Virus record (IMG/VR): IMGVR_UViG_3300031998_000009
Location: 1 to 64,000 of that record
Source: a virus
Lineage: Duplodnaviria; Caudoviricetes
Direction: 5' to 3' (one strand)
Length of the DNA stretch: 64,000 nt
The translations under genes and the position numbers were made by a program. Below are positions 9,443 through 19,527 of this stretch, in pieces (the first letter of the stretch is position 1; every line of letters begins with the position of its first letter). A model generated the notes under the pieces. It did not search any database, was not told where the DNA came from, and saw only the letters and a list, made by a program, of their open reading frames with translations.

Positions 9443-9670
9443 CTAAATAAATAAATCCCATTCTTCTTCTGGAATTTCTTCTGTTTGTTCCGTCCGTTTC
9501 CAAGAAACAGAAACAGATCCACAATTCTTACATCTGGAAACAATAACTACACAGTTAGAAAAAATTTGTTTAGTCTCTAGTAAACAAGGGTCGAGTTCGT
9601 TTACTCCATCCGGTTGTATAATTATTCCATCTGGTAATTTACATTTATGGTTATTTATATTTAATTCCAA
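9443..9670 (-). CDS. Small Cys-containing hypothetical protein
   Basis: 75 aa; LDPC and RCKNCG motifs. Confidence 0.55.
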   Translation of the reverse strand: MELNINNHKCKLPDGIIIQPDGVNELDPCLLETKQIFSNCVVIVSRCKNCGSVSVSWKRTEQTEEIPEEEWDLFI

Positions 9671-10053
9671 TCTTCAGCACTCTCCTTTGAAAGTTTTGTG
9701 TTATTAGCTTCTACTAATGTATGGAACAGTTGGTAAATATCATCCAAAGTAAGAGGAATAGGTGTAATAACACCGTTCAAAAGAATTGAATTATCCGTTA
9801 TTGTGATGGAAGCTAGTGGTTCTTCTAAAAGTGCAACACAACTATCTGGCATTATCGTTACAAAAAGATAATAGGGTGATGTTTCGGATTCGTGTTTAAT
9901 GGCGATTTGAAAATCACTAATTCTCATTACAAATTTAGTACCTTCCACTTTTGTAGAGTATACTGCGTTATTGTAGAAATTAGATTGTTTACCCCGAACA
10001 AAGTTCTCTACGATCTTATGAATCTCATCTTCATTAAGTAAAACAAATCCCAT
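9661..10053 (-). CDS. Hypothetical protein
   Basis: 130 aa ORF in the operon. Confidence 0.55.
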   Translation of the reverse strand: MGFVLLNEDEIHKIVENFVRGKQSNFYNNAVYSTKVEGTKFVMRISDFQIAIKHESETSPYYLFVTIMPDSCVALLEEPLASITITDNSILLNGVITPIPLTLDDIYQLFHTLVEANNTKLSKESAEDWN

Positions 10054-10056
10054 AAT

Positions 10057-10272
10057 TTAATCCTCCACTTTTATTGATCGTTTTATCATTTCAGAGGCTT
10101 TATTATAACAAGTCCAGGAACACATATACCTGATAAAATTGTTCTTGTTATGTATCTTATATGTATATACTTTTCTATTTTGAATATAGAACTGTGTTCC
10201 GCAAATAGGACATAGACAGGATCTTTGATCTATATCTTGTTTCTCAGGTTTTAGTAAGTCAACCTTGTTCAT
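10057..10272 (-). CDS. Zinc-finger (TRASH/MYM-like) protein
   Basis: CPICG...MCSWTC. Confidence 0.6.
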   Translation of the reverse strand: MNKVDLLKPEKQDIDQRSCLCPICGTQFYIQNRKVYTYKIHNKNNFIRYMCSWTCYNKASEMIKRSIKVED

Positions 10273-10291
10273 AATAAAGTCCTCCCTGATT

Positions 10292-10630
10292 TTATTTTTG
10301 TGTTGCTATGAACTTGTCAAGATATGTAGGTACAAGAGCTTTCAGTCCTGTAGCATTAGCATCGTCATCACGAATAAGTCGTCTGAACTGTTCCTCGTAT
10401 TTCCGATAAAGTTTGGAAGCCTTCTTACTATCCTTCGCAATGACTTCAAATTTTTTACAAATACTTTCGTCTAGTCTTAACTTCGCGATAGGACAAGTAA
10501 CAGTAAACGAACCATTCTCAAAGTCTACCCTTCCAATGTATAACTCTGAGATGTCCTTATCGTTTACAGCAAATAAAACAATATCATCGATTTCAAAAAG
10601 ATTTCCATTAATGTCATACAGAGGTTTCAT
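10292..10630 (-). CDS. YopX-like hypothetical protein
   Basis: LYDINGNLFEIDDIV resembles the YopX DKNGxEIYEGDIV motif. Confidence 0.4.
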   Translation of the reverse strand: MKPLYDINGNLFEIDDIVLFAVNDKDISELYIGRVDFENGSFTVTCPIAKLRLDESICKKFEVIAKDSKKASKLYRKYEEQFRRLIRDDDANATGLKALVPTYLDKFIATQK

Positions 10631-10649
10631 AAATAAAAATTCCTTTCAA

Positions 10650-11495
10650 TTAGTTTATATCACTTATGTAAACACCTTTACAAACAGTTATCTTTTTCAA
10701 AGAGTCCATGTCATCTAGCTTTTTATCGTATGTTAAAATAAATAGGTTATCTTTTTCCGGATACTGTGTAGTCAACCACTTATATAAGAATCGTTTTCTT
10801 ACTTCGTTCCTATATCTGTAATATCCTTTGGGTCCAAGATGTTTACGAGTTCTATTTGTTATCCGTATAATCATTTTCATTCTTCTTCACCACAAAGTCA
10901 ATATCCAAATATTCTATATAATCAGATCTATTTACTTTTACAATATGTTTATCGTTTTTCCAATCGTGTTCAAAACTGATTGTATCTGTTTCTGGACGAT
11001 ACCAATGATTAAGAATAAGATATCTCGTAATGATGCTATTTATGGGTGCTTCATAATTCTCTTGTTCCTGATTATTACGAGGTTCCCAGGCTAATGTCAT
11101 GCTAATATGATTGATTCGATCCGTAATTTCTTTGATAACATTTATATCACTCATTTTTTATCCTCCATTACAGAATTTATCAACCATTTGTTCATCATAT
11201 CCTGTAGTTTACGATAAAGTTCTATGCAGAATCTTATATAATTTAGACATTGATCACATTGTGGATCGTTTGTTATTTTCATTTTATCCAGTCTGAGCGT
11301 TACAACCGGATAACCGGATTCGTTATTAGTACCTTCATATTCAGCATGAAGAATATTTATTCTAAATTCAGGAACTGGTTTAGCTGTTAGTAAAACATAT
11401 CTGAATTTTACATCTGTATCCGGACCAAAAACGGATTTCACAGTCTCTTCTATTTCAGTTATCTTATATGAATCATTATTCATATATACCTCCAT
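10650..11495 (-). CDS. Three small hypothetical genes (10650..10880, 10852..11154, 11151..11495)
   Basis: Overlapping or coupled ORFs of 76, 100 and 114 aa. Confidence 0.5.
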
Positions 11496-11498
11496 AAT

Positions 11499-11960
11499 TT
11501 ATATACGAAATTCTTCACCTGTGTTATAGAAATAACCTTCACATAGTCTTTGCCAATCCGCACAGCATATTTTATTCTTACCAATTCCGAATTTATATTT
11601 TTCATACAGATTTGCCATACAAACTCTTAAATACTCTTTACCGTGCCAACCAGAATAAATTTCTTTACTTTGTGTTCTGTATAATTCCATCATAGTATCA
11701 GTTACTTCACAAAATTCCATGAATTCTTTCAGATACTTCTTATTTACTTGTTTCTTGAATCTTTCGAAATAGGCATCATTATAGTACATAAAATATTTAA
11801 AGAAATGTTCCTTTGGAAAATATAAAACATTGTTTACAAGAAGATGATTAGGTGTTCCTCTATCTCTCCACATATGCATGATCGCTATAAGTTCTCGAAG
11901 TTGACCTTTTAGCTGCATATCAGGTAGATAAGGAAGTATTCCATAATGCCACATTCTCAT
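11499..11960 (-). CDS. Pyrimidine dimer DNA glycosylase/endonuclease V-like protein
   Basis: MRMWH..LPYLP..QLKGQLREL..HLLVN N-terminus typical of the Pyr_excise family in Firmicute phages. Confidence 0.75.
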   Translation of the reverse strand: MRMWHYGILPYLPDMQLKGQLRELIAIMHMWRDRGTPNHLLVNNVLYFPKEHFFKYFMYYNDAYFERFKKQVNKKYLKEFMEFCEVTDTMMELYRTQSKEIYSGWHGKEYLRVCMANLYEKYKFGIGKNKICCADWQRLCEGYFYNTGEEFRI

Positions 11961-11987
11961 GTCCTTACCTCCAAACAGAAAGTATAG

Positions 11988-12419
11988 TTACAAGGTGGAA
12001 TAATCAGGTGGAATAGGTATACCATTAAAATCAGTCTTAAACTTTTTAAAACTACCGTCTTCATATGTTTCCGACCAGATATGAACAGCATTTTGGTACC
12101 AATTAACTTTTACCGGATTACCATTAATATCCGGTAAAAAGTTATCACAAGGTGATCCCATAAGTTGAATAAACTCTTTCTTTTGTTGTTTATTCATCTT
12201 TTTACCATCCTTATGATGTGTACAATATTCAGGTTTATCTAACCTTACAAAGGCACAGTTTTTAGGATTTCGGGTTTTATCCAAATAAACATGAACATGA
12301 GGAACGGGTCCTTCATCTCGTTGTTCTATTTCAACTTGAATGGAGAGTTGTTTACACAATCTGGGATTAATTATTGCCATCTCGTTTAATGGGTTAGCTT
12401 CATATAACAGTTTAATCAT
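11988..12419 (-). CDS. DUF4160-like protein with LxE leader
   Basis: MIKLLYE..LNE-MA leader; EGPVPHVHV motif; C-terminal PDYSTL shared with paralogs. Confidence 0.6.
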   Translation of the reverse strand: MIKLLYEANPLNEMAIINPRLCKQLSIQVEIEQRDEGPVPHVHVYLDKTRNPKNCAFVRLDKPEYCTHHKDGKKMNKQQKKEFIQLMGSPCDNFLPDINGNPVKVNWYQNAVHIWSETYEDGSFKKFKTDFNGIPIPPDYSTL

Positions 12420-12421
12420 AA

Positions 12422-12769
12422 TTAATCCTCCCAATATCTCTTGTATAAAGCTTCCATGTTTTCTCTCCCTACAGGATTAGCTGTATGAAACAGAAGTTTA
12501 TAGTGGGAGTTATTTCTTCCTGTTTCTATTAGCCAGAGAACAAGTTTAATGGCATCTCCGCCGTATTTAGCATACTCACCTAAATCGTGATCCAGATCCA
12601 GTATAAAATCTGTTTTACCCTGTTTCTCAAAGATCTGTAAACAGTTCTTTACTTCGTTCACAGAGTGTTTGGTATAGTGTTCCTTATATGTAACCGTTAT
12701 TTCCTTCGGTATGTTTCTTATGTCATCTAACCAGATATAAACTGTCGTTTCGTCTAGCATAATTATCAC
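12422..12769 (-). CDS. Cyclic-phosphate-processing receiver (REC-like) domain protein
   Basis: IWLDD.R, LDHDLG and HTANPVGRENM motifs. Confidence 0.8.
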   Translation of the reverse strand: MIIMLDETTVYIWLDDIRNIPKEITVTYKEHYTKHSVNEVKNCLQIFEKQGKTDFILDLDHDLGEYAKYGGDAIKLVLWLIETGRNNSHYKLLFHTANPVGRENMEALYKRYWED

Positions 12770-12790
12770 ATCCTAATTACTTACATATAT

Positions 12791-12819
12791 AGTATAACAC
12801 ATTTTATGAAAAATGTCAA
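12791..12819 (-). promoter_or_regulatory. Early promoter P2
   Basis: TTGACA-17 bp-TATACT with extended TG. Confidence 0.9.
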
Positions 12820-12830
12820 GTAAATTCGAC

Positions 12831-12867
12831 AAAAAGAACCCATAAACTTTTTAGAATATGGGTTCTT
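12831..12867 (-). terminator. Terminator hairpin upstream of P2
   Basis: AAGAACCCATA/TATGGGTTCTT. Confidence 0.8.
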
Positions 12868-12891
12868 ATTTTTGTATGAAATTACTAAACT

Positions 12892-13644
12892 TTATTCGTT
12901 AAAAACCATTCTAGACTCCACATACGCTCTGTCCTGTGTGAAGATAGGAATTTCCGTGTCAATATGCCACTTGTTATCATCTAATTTTATACAGCAACTA
13001 CCTCGTTTCTGTTCCGTAGGTAGATCATTCCAATTAATTCCTTTTTCAGTAAATAGTTTATCTTGTAGTTTTTTAGTATTCAAACCCTGCAATTCTTTAT
13101 GAGGGAATAGGGATTGTGCTAGGGCTTGAATAGAATTTCTAGTAGCATCTTGCTGTCTCCAAATAAGACAATTTACTACTTCGTGAGTAGGTATTGAAAA
13201 TGCTCTGGAGTCAAATAGTGCTAATTGTAAAGATTTCTTCTGAAGAAGTGACCATCTAACAGGATCTTTTTCTATAGAAGCTAAAAGTTTAATCTCGTTG
13301 TTAAAAACAACAGAAGCTAGTGATGCCGAAATGGAAACCATCTTTTGTAGATTATAAGAAAACCAAGCATCTGTATCCAGTTTCTGCCAATCACAAAGAA
13401 CAAGAGTAATTTCGTCTGATTGTGTATATCCAAGAACACAACCTTGTACCTGTTTACATAACTCCATCATAGTTGCTTTCATACATCTAGACAATGTTTC
13501 GTCAAACGGTCTATCAAAACCTCTTGTATATGTATGAAATGCTTTACCATCTAGTCTAATAATAACGGGCATCCGTCTCATTAAAAACAGTTTAGGAACG
13601 GCTTCATATTGCTTCATTCTATCTCCGATAGTTGTTTTATCCAT
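12892..13644 (-). CDS. thg1: tRNA(His) guanylyltransferase Thg1-like protein
   Basis: GDRMKQYE, IRLDGKAFH, YTQSDEI, FDSR and WRQQDATRNSI motifs. Confidence 0.92.
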   Translation of the reverse strand: MDKTTIGDRMKQYEAVPKLFLMRRMPVIIRLDGKAFHTYTRGFDRPFDETLSRCMKATMMELCKQVQGCVLGYTQSDEITLVLCDWQKLDTDAWFSYNLQKMVSISASLASVVFNNEIKLLASIEKDPVRWSLLQKKSLQLALFDSRAFSIPTHEVVNCLIWRQQDATRNSIQALAQSLFPHKELQGLNTKKLQDKLFTEKGINWNDLPTEQKRGSCCIKLDDNKWHIDTEIPIFTQDRAYVESRMVFNE

Positions 13645-14078
13645 TACGTTTTCCTCCTAATTACTTTTGTTAAAATAAAATTATCGTATTCAACATCAAC
13701 GGAAATGTTCTCGTTTACTGTAAAAACGCCAAATCCAATTAAATTTGTAGGATTACCCTTATATCTATTCAATTCAAAAATGGGAACTGAATAGATATAA
13801 CAATTCATATCTAGCATTGATTTAATAAATTTACCACTTTTCGTATCATAGACATTAAATTCTATACAGTCTTCGATAGATCTGTTATTAAATTGTATTT
13901 TTGTAATCGGACCTACTATGTCAACTGGCATGCAGTTTGGATTATCATAGACCCGTACAAAACCATTCTCTATTGCCTCTACGAAAGACATATCGGACAC
14001 GAAATCATTAAATATATCTTTATAAGCATTTCTTACAAATAAAGGAACTTTAATATTGCAAATTAAAGGTTTCTTCAT
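13644..14078 (-). CDS. Hypothetical protein, possible degenerate T4 gp21-type protease domain
   Basis: IEFNVYDTKSGKFIKSML resembles IEFLDTECGRIISELL of 27592..29004 and the gp21-family DTPxGxI motif. Confidence 0.4.
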   Translation of the reverse strand: MKKPLICNIKVPLFVRNAYKDIFNDFVSDMSFVEAIENGFVRVYDNPNCMPVDIVGPITKIQFNNRSIEDCIEFNVYDTKSGKFIKSMLDMNCYIYSVPIFELNRYKGNPTNLIGFGVFTVNENISVDVEYDNFILTKVIRRKT

Positions 14079-14081
14079 CAG

Positions 14082-14858
14082 TTACCCTTTCTTCAAAGAA
14101 TCCATAAGCTGGCAATATTTAATCTTTGTTTTATTCAATTCAAGGTTATCCGTAAGACCACCTATATGTCTTAAACTAGATAAACATTTTCTTGGAAACA
14201 AGATTAGGTTACTTATGTCATAGTTCATCACATTTCCATCTAGGTGTAAGATAATACAGTCATCCGGGACTTTACCATAATAACTTTCCCACACCTTGAC
14301 ACTAGCTGCATCTAGGTTTATATCAATTCCTTTACCATTAGCTCTTTTTGTATATACACAAGGTAACCCATGTCGGATAACGATATCACCATTCTTATAC
14401 TTTTGTGCTTTATCTATTAAATGTTGAATTACTTTTTCTTTAGATTCTTTTGTGAAATGTTTCCAATATTCGGAACCGTGTAAACCTTTTTGCCAAGATC
14501 TATTACCTGTTTCAAATTTACCAGTCTGAAAACTGTGTAACCCTCTTTTATTACACCATGTTTTCATACCATTCACGGTATAGTTAGTACCGAACTTTTC
14601 ATTAAATAGTTTAGTGAGTTCTTTTCTTGGCATACAGTTATAATGTTCCATTATGAACTGAACTTGTTCTTCTGTCATATTTCTACTTGATAATGCTGTA
14701 ATATTATGATAGTAACACCATTTCCTAATTTGTTTTTGTGTTTTATTCTCGTTGAACTTTTCATTAAATAGTCTAGTTAAAACAGAATATTGTAGTGTAG
14801 GTGCCTTTGTAATAAGAAACTCTGTCTGTTCTTTTGTATAAGTATCTGCTGTTGACAT
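14082..14858 (-). CDS. HNH-family protein with tandem helical repeats (HNH possibly degenerate)
   Basis: Two YTxEQxxF..LTxLFNEKF repeats; VWESYYGKVP..ILHLDGN..NYDISNL. Confidence 0.7.
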   Translation of the reverse strand: MSTADTYTKEQTEFLITKAPTLQYSVLTRLFNEKFNENKTQKQIRKWCYYHNITALSSRNMTEEQVQFIMEHYNCMPRKELTKLFNEKFGTNYTVNGMKTWCNKRGLHSFQTGKFETGNRSWQKGLHGSEYWKHFTKESKEKVIQHLIDKAQKYKNGDIVIRHGLPCVYTKRANGKGIDINLDAASVKVWESYYGKVPDDCIILHLDGNVMNYDISNLILFPRKCLSSLRHIGGLTDNLELNKTKIKYCQLMDSLKKG

Positions 14859-14859
14859 T

Positions 14860-15075
14860 TTAGACTTCTCCTACAATTTTATCAATTCTATCATGTTTTT
14901 GGGACAGTTTATCTGTTCTTAAAATAACATCTGCATTATTGATCATCTGTTTAGAGATTTTAGCTGTATATTCAGCGGTTTGAAGATCTTTCTGATGTTG
15001 AATAGGACTTCTTGTGTTATCTACAAGATTCGTTAATACTTCGGACAACACATTCTGAAGCTCTAACATAGTCAT
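14860..15075 (-). CDS. Small phage protein commonly upstream of this HNH family
   Basis: LQNVL..AKISKQMINNADVIL motif. Confidence 0.55.
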   Translation of the reverse strand: MTMLELQNVLSEVLTNLVDNTRSPIQHQKDLQTAEYTAKISKQMINNADVILRTDKLSQKHDRIDKIVGEV

Positions 15076-15090
15076 ACCAGTACCCTCCTA

Positions 15091-16272
15091 TTATTCGGTT
15101 GTAATTTCTACTATCCAGTTTGTATCGTTAATCTGTTTTAATCTGTCCAAATCTAATTTAGTTAAACTAGTAATATCTTTCCAGGTATGCACCTTTAACT
15201 CACCTTGTGAATCAACAAACAGTTTTCTATTAGGATCTTGATTATAGTACATAACAGCTTGACTTGAATACTCCTGTAGAAGACTAATTGCCTGATCAAA
15301 ACGTAGATTTTTAATAAGTTCGTTGTTGAACGTATCTATTCCACAATAATTTATCAAGGAAATTTTGGCATCCATCAGGAAACTATAGCGTAATCTTTCA
15401 GGTATCCGTATAATAGTATAATTACCGTTGTCTAACTTATCTATATTAGACTCTTCAAGGATATAGGCCTCTCTATTGTTATAAATAACCGGAAATGTTC
15501 CTTTTGTTAGGTCAAAATCTGGTTGTGTTTCCCATATAAATAATTTTTTATAAAAAGATAAGCAGTTATCGGTATAGTTAGTGACGGCTTTATTGAAATC
15601 CTTATATTCTTTCTGGGCGGATGTGTTCACTTGTAATGTAAAGAAATTAGGTCCTAATTTAGCGTAAGATCTTGTCAACTGTGTATTTGGAAACATTGAG
15701 AATTTCTTGTTTACCATGTACTCATCGAAAAAACAATGTACCCAATAGTAGTCCTTATATGTATTTGGATAGTTACTACTATCTGGAATTTTGGAACCTA
15801 CATAAAGCACAACCGTGTTATCCTTATTCCTACATATAACACCTTCTGATGTATCTTTATATTCTAAATCTAAATGTTGAAAGAACTCACTATTCTTTAG
15901 CATAGTTAGTAATCTTTCTTTTAGATTAACTGTCACTCCAGGAAGTCCGAAAGCTCCAATAGCGAGTTTTTTAACGTCTTTTGTATTACAACTGCAAAGG
16001 TCTAGAAGTAAAGTTTCACAAAACCTATATAATGTTATAACTAATCCAATAAATGTTTTTCCGGTACAAATACCGCCAGAGAAATAAAATTCTCTATAAT
16101 TAGTATAAGTGTCTAGAAACTTTTTCCAATATGGCCAAAGTTTACATCCTTTGTCTAATGTCTTACCTAGAAAATATTCGGATTCCACAAAAGTACTAAT
16201 ATCCACAGGTCTGCATGAATATTTAGGTACAAAGTGTTCTCGTGATACATCACTATCATACAGCAAATTCAT
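15091..16272 (-). CDS. Diverged terminase-large-subunit-like ATPase domain protein (no evident nuclease domain)
   Basis: PVDISTFV..YFLG, LWPYW, Walker A GGICTGKT, Walker B-like CFFDE. RBS-supported start at 16272. Confidence 0.6.
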   Translation of the reverse strand: MNLLYDSDVSREHFVPKYSCRPVDISTFVESEYFLGKTLDKGCKLWPYWKKFLDTYTNYREFYFSGGICTGKTFIGLVITLYRFCETLLLDLCSCNTKDVKKLAIGAFGLPGVTVNLKERLLTMLKNSEFFQHLDLEYKDTSEGVICRNKDNTVVLYVGSKIPDSSNYPNTYKDYYWVHCFFDEYMVNKKFSMFPNTQLTRSYAKLGPNFFTLQVNTSAQKEYKDFNKAVTNYTDNCLSFYKKLFIWETQPDFDLTKGTFPVIYNNREAYILEESNIDKLDNGNYTIIRIPERLRYSFLMDAKISLINYCGIDTFNNELIKNLRFDQAISLLQEYSSQAVMYYNQDPNRKLFVDSQGELKVHTWKDITSLTKLDLDRLKQINDTNWIVEITTE

Positions 16273-16288
16273 AAGATAGTTCCTCCAA

Positions 16289-16462
16289 TTATTTTTGTTT
16301 ATTGGGATACGAAATTCTCCCAAACTCTACATGATCGTATTTAATTAAACATTTTACAATATAATATATCCATTTGAACCTGTTATCTGTATATTCACAG
16401 AAGTTCCAAGGTGACCTATTATAATTTACTTTCTTTGCCATGCAATAGTACCTACCTCCCAT
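16289..16462 (-). CDS. Small hypothetical protein
   Basis: AGGAGG RBS; about 57 codons (MGGRYYCMAKKVNY...) filling the intergenic gap. Confidence 0.45.
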   Translation of the reverse strand: MGGRYYCMAKKVNYNRSPWNFCEYTDNRFKWIYYIVKCLIKYDHVEFGRISYPNKQK

Positions 16463-16477
16463 AAGTGTTTCCTCCTT

Positions 16478-16930
16478 TTAGCTGTTTTTGTTTTTCTTAC
16501 AGTGTTCGCAATCCGGAAAATCATTAGGACAATCCATAAAACTAGAACAGTCTAGTTCTCTGTAAAATATCTTAATAGCTTTTTCTCTTAATCTGTGTAG
16601 TTTGTAAGCATCCGAAACTACCCAACCACCATCCATACCTATGATAACATACATAAATTGTTCTGTTTTATCTGATAATACAAATTTAATTTCAGATGGC
16701 TTTAATGGTGCCGGTCTTTCTTCAACTGTTTTTCCAAGAGGTTTCCATTTTTTATTATACTGTCTTACAGGAGTATCCCGCTTTGTTTCAGGTTTTACAT
16801 CTTTTTTGGTTACAATAGTTGTTTCTGTTACTACTTTTTTAGGTCTTCCTCGTTTCTTTGGTGTTACTTCGGGCTCAGATGTTCCAAATAACGGTTTTTG
16901 TTTAGTCTTGTTTTTCATAACACACCTCAA
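16478..16930 (-). CDS. Basic protein with AT-hook-like motif and Cys-rich C-terminus
   Basis: PKKRGRPKK; CSSFMDCPNDFPDCEHC. Confidence 0.55.
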   Translation of the reverse strand: MRCVMKNKTKQKPLFGTSEPEVTPKKRGRPKKVVTETTIVTKKDVKPETKRDTPVRQYNKKWKPLGKTVEERPAPLKPSEIKFVLSDKTEQFMYVIIGMDGGWVVSDAYKLHRLREKAIKIFYRELDCSSFMDCPNDFPDCEHCKKNKNS

Positions 16931-18969
16931 AACAGACTTTTCTTTTTAGGTTTAACTTCTTGAACAGGTACATCACCCTCTAACATAGTAAGAAACTGTT
17001 CTTCTGTAATAATAGGAATATTAAGGTCTTTAGCTTTCTTGTTTTTACTTGAGGTACTATTGATATCATTATTGATCAAATAAGTTGTTTCTTTATTTAC
17101 ACCAGATTGAACAGTACCTCCATTAGATGTAATACTTTGAACTAGTGAATCTCTGTTTGGAAAATGTGTCAAGGAACCAGTAATAACGAATTTCTTATTT
17201 TGTAAAAGTGTACCTGTATTTTGTGTAACGGTGTTGAAGTTTAAGATGTTATAGAGTCGATCAAACTCATTTAAATTATCTTTATTAACAAACCAACTCA
17301 CAATAGAATCTACCAATACACCACCAAAACCTCTAATTCTGGATAGTGTATTTTCGGCATAAACATTGTTTATATTAAATACATCTCTGAACTTTTGAAT
17401 ATCGTTGTCGAACTGTTTTGCTAGTTCTTTAGCATTTTGAGATCCGATTCCATCAATATTAAGAGACATAATAAATTTATCAAATGTGGTAGATTTAGAC
17501 TTTTCAATACTATTTTGGAGTATCGTTACAGACTTTTCACCGAAACCTTCTAACTTACTAATTTCTGTCCAGTGTTTAGGTAGTTCTTCATAAATATCTG
17601 AATACTTTCTTAGGTAACCTAATACGATGAATTTTTCTAGTGTTTTATCGGATAGTCCTTCAATATCCATAGCATTTCTAGAAACAAAACTGGAGAACCT
17701 TTTAAGAAGTACACCTGTGCATTCCGGATTCGTACATACTAAAGTCTTTACCCCAGAATCTTCCGATTTAGAAATGCCTGTTAGTGTACCACAGTATGGA
17801 CATTTATCAGGAACAGTATTGTAATAAGCTAATTCGTTTTTGTGTTTTGTATTATTTTTTCTTATTTGTGGAATAACATCATTTGCTCTATACACTTCTA
17901 CTTCATCACCAATATCAATGTTTAACTGTTCTAGAATTGACAAGTTGTGCACACTTGCTCTTGTAACAGTTACTCCATCCATATCTACCGGGTCAAATAC
18001 TGCTGTAGGTGTAAGAACACCTGTCTTTCCAATAGTGTATTCTATATTACGAATTGTAGTATTATACCCTTCATCATAGAACTTAAACGCAAGTCCGTTT
18101 CTAAAGTGATGAGATGTTCTACCTAATGATTTTCCATAACTAATACTGTTAAACATAATAACAATACCGTCAATAGGAATGTTATCATTTATAGCATTAG
18201 TTCTCATATTAGTAAAAAGATTCTCTAGTTGAGTTGTTTCTGGAGCTATGTCTCTTTCTACAGTATGAACAATAGTGAATCCTTCGTTTACAGCATTAAG
18301 AAGACCGGAAAGCATTGTATTGTCTTCTGTTAAATCGTTTGCATTCCATACAATGAATTCCAGACATCTTTTAGCACAAATAGAACTATCTAACTGTCTT
18401 AACGATCCGCTAGCAAAGTTTCTAGGACTTTTGTATTTTTCGTCATCCGTTAATTTAGAATTTATCCTATCAAAATTATCCTTACGAACGATGACCTCAC
18501 CTGTCACTCTAATAGTTCCGTTATGTTTAATTGTGGTAGGAACATTACCTACTGTTTTAATATTATGTGTAATATCCTCACCCTTAAATCCATCTCCACG
18601 AGTTTCAGCCCTTACAAGTTTACCATCTTCATAAGTTATTTGAACAGTTAGACCGTCGAGTTTGTGCATAAACAGAACAGGATTACTCTTACAGAATGTA
18701 ATAACACCTTCATAGGTTTTTGTTTTATCCAATGATAACAGAGGTTCTTTATGTTCTACTTCTGATAAAGAACTCATAACTGTATAACCTACTTGCTGAG
18801 TAGGGGAGTTAGATAGAATAATACCTGTTTGTTCTTCGAGCTGTTTCAATTCATCAAAGTATTTATCGTATTCTTCATCGGAAATGGGTGAATTATTATT
18901 GTTATAATATTCCTGTCTACATACATTAAGAAAATTTACAAGGTTAGATATCTTCTTCGACGATGTCAT
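16927..18969 (-). CDS. ligA: NAD-dependent DNA ligase
   Basis: ISDEEYD, KLDGL adenylation motif, TRGDG, PRNFASGSLRQ, Zn finger, HhH repeats, C-terminal BRCT (FVITG..SSKNKKAKDLNIPII). Confidence 0.97.
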   Translation of the reverse strand: MTSSKKISNLVNFLNVCRQEYYNNNNSPISDEEYDKYFDELKQLEEQTGIILSNSPTQQVGYTVMSSLSEVEHKEPLLSLDKTKTYEGVITFCKSNPVLFMHKLDGLTVQITYEDGKLVRAETRGDGFKGEDITHNIKTVGNVPTTIKHNGTIRVTGEVIVRKDNFDRINSKLTDDEKYKSPRNFASGSLRQLDSSICAKRCLEFIVWNANDLTEDNTMLSGLLNAVNEGFTIVHTVERDIAPETTQLENLFTNMRTNAINDNIPIDGIVIMFNSISYGKSLGRTSHHFRNGLAFKFYDEGYNTTIRNIEYTIGKTGVLTPTAVFDPVDMDGVTVTRASVHNLSILEQLNIDIGDEVEVYRANDVIPQIRKNNTKHKNELAYYNTVPDKCPYCGTLTGISKSEDSGVKTLVCTNPECTGVLLKRFSSFVSRNAMDIEGLSDKTLEKFIVLGYLRKYSDIYEELPKHWTEISKLEGFGEKSVTILQNSIEKSKSTTFDKFIMSLNIDGIGSQNAKELAKQFDNDIQKFRDVFNINNVYAENTLSRIRGFGGVLVDSIVSWFVNKDNLNEFDRLYNILNFNTVTQNTGTLLQNKKFVITGSLTHFPNRDSLVQSITSNGGTVQSGVNKETTYLINNDINSTSSKNKKAKDLNIPIITEEQFLTMLEGDVPVQEVKPKKKSLF

Positions 18970-19402
18970 TATTAGTGTCCTCCTTTTTAGTAAATCCTTT
19001 TACCTTCTGCCAACATTTAGGTCCAAAACCTAGTTTCATAGATTGTGGGTCAATTAACATTCTTCCACAATGAGCACATCGTCCTACATGAAAAATAGAA
19101 ACAGTCTCGGGAAGATTATTACGATTATGTATCACATCTAGAATAAGCTGAATTCTAGGATCCGATTCAGTAATACCGTATTTAGTATTATGTTTATAGG
19201 TCAACTTGTTATTCGCAATTTTAAAGTACCCACAGTAGATATTCTTATTAGACTGTTTGAGATAAAGTTGCCAGACCTTACTTCCATCGTTAGTATGTTT
19301 TCTAAATAATTTGTAGTATCCACAAGACTTCTGATTTTGAATAGTGAAGGTACAGTTACCTCCAAACATAAATAGAATGATATTATCTGTTATTCGTACC
19401 AT
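18944..19402 (-). CDS. DUF6011-like zinc-binding protein
   Basis: GRCAHCGRMLIDPQS..GFGPKC; RBS-supported start at 19402. Confidence 0.75.
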   Translation of the reverse strand: MVRITDNIILFMFGGNCTFTIQNQKSCGYYKLFRKHTNDGSKVWQLYLKQSNKNIYCGYFKIANNKLTYKHNTKYGITESDPRIQLILDVIHNRNNLPETVSIFHVGRCAHCGRMLIDPQSMKLGFGPKCWQKVKGFTKKEDTNNDIVEEDI

Positions 19403-19440
19403 AGTATCCTCCTTTGTAGATTTTGATATTCTACAAATAT

Positions 19441-19469
19441 AGTATAACACAAAGTAACGAAAAAGTCAA
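19441..19469 (-). promoter_or_regulatory. Early promoter P3
   Basis: TTGACT-17 bp-TATACT. Confidence 0.9.
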
Positions 19470-19490
19470 GTACTTTTCGAAAAATAAAAT

Positions 19491-19522
19491 AAAAAACCAA
19501 TGTCTTTTGGACATTGGTTTTT
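19491..19522 (-). terminator. Terminator hairpin upstream of P3
   Basis: AAAAACCAATGTC/GACATTGGTTTTT. Confidence 0.85.
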
Positions 19523-19527
19523 GTAAA

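Noticed and set aside
14082-14858. Active homing endonuclease or intron
   Set aside because: The HNH motif looks degenerate and no interrupted gene or intron structure flanks it.
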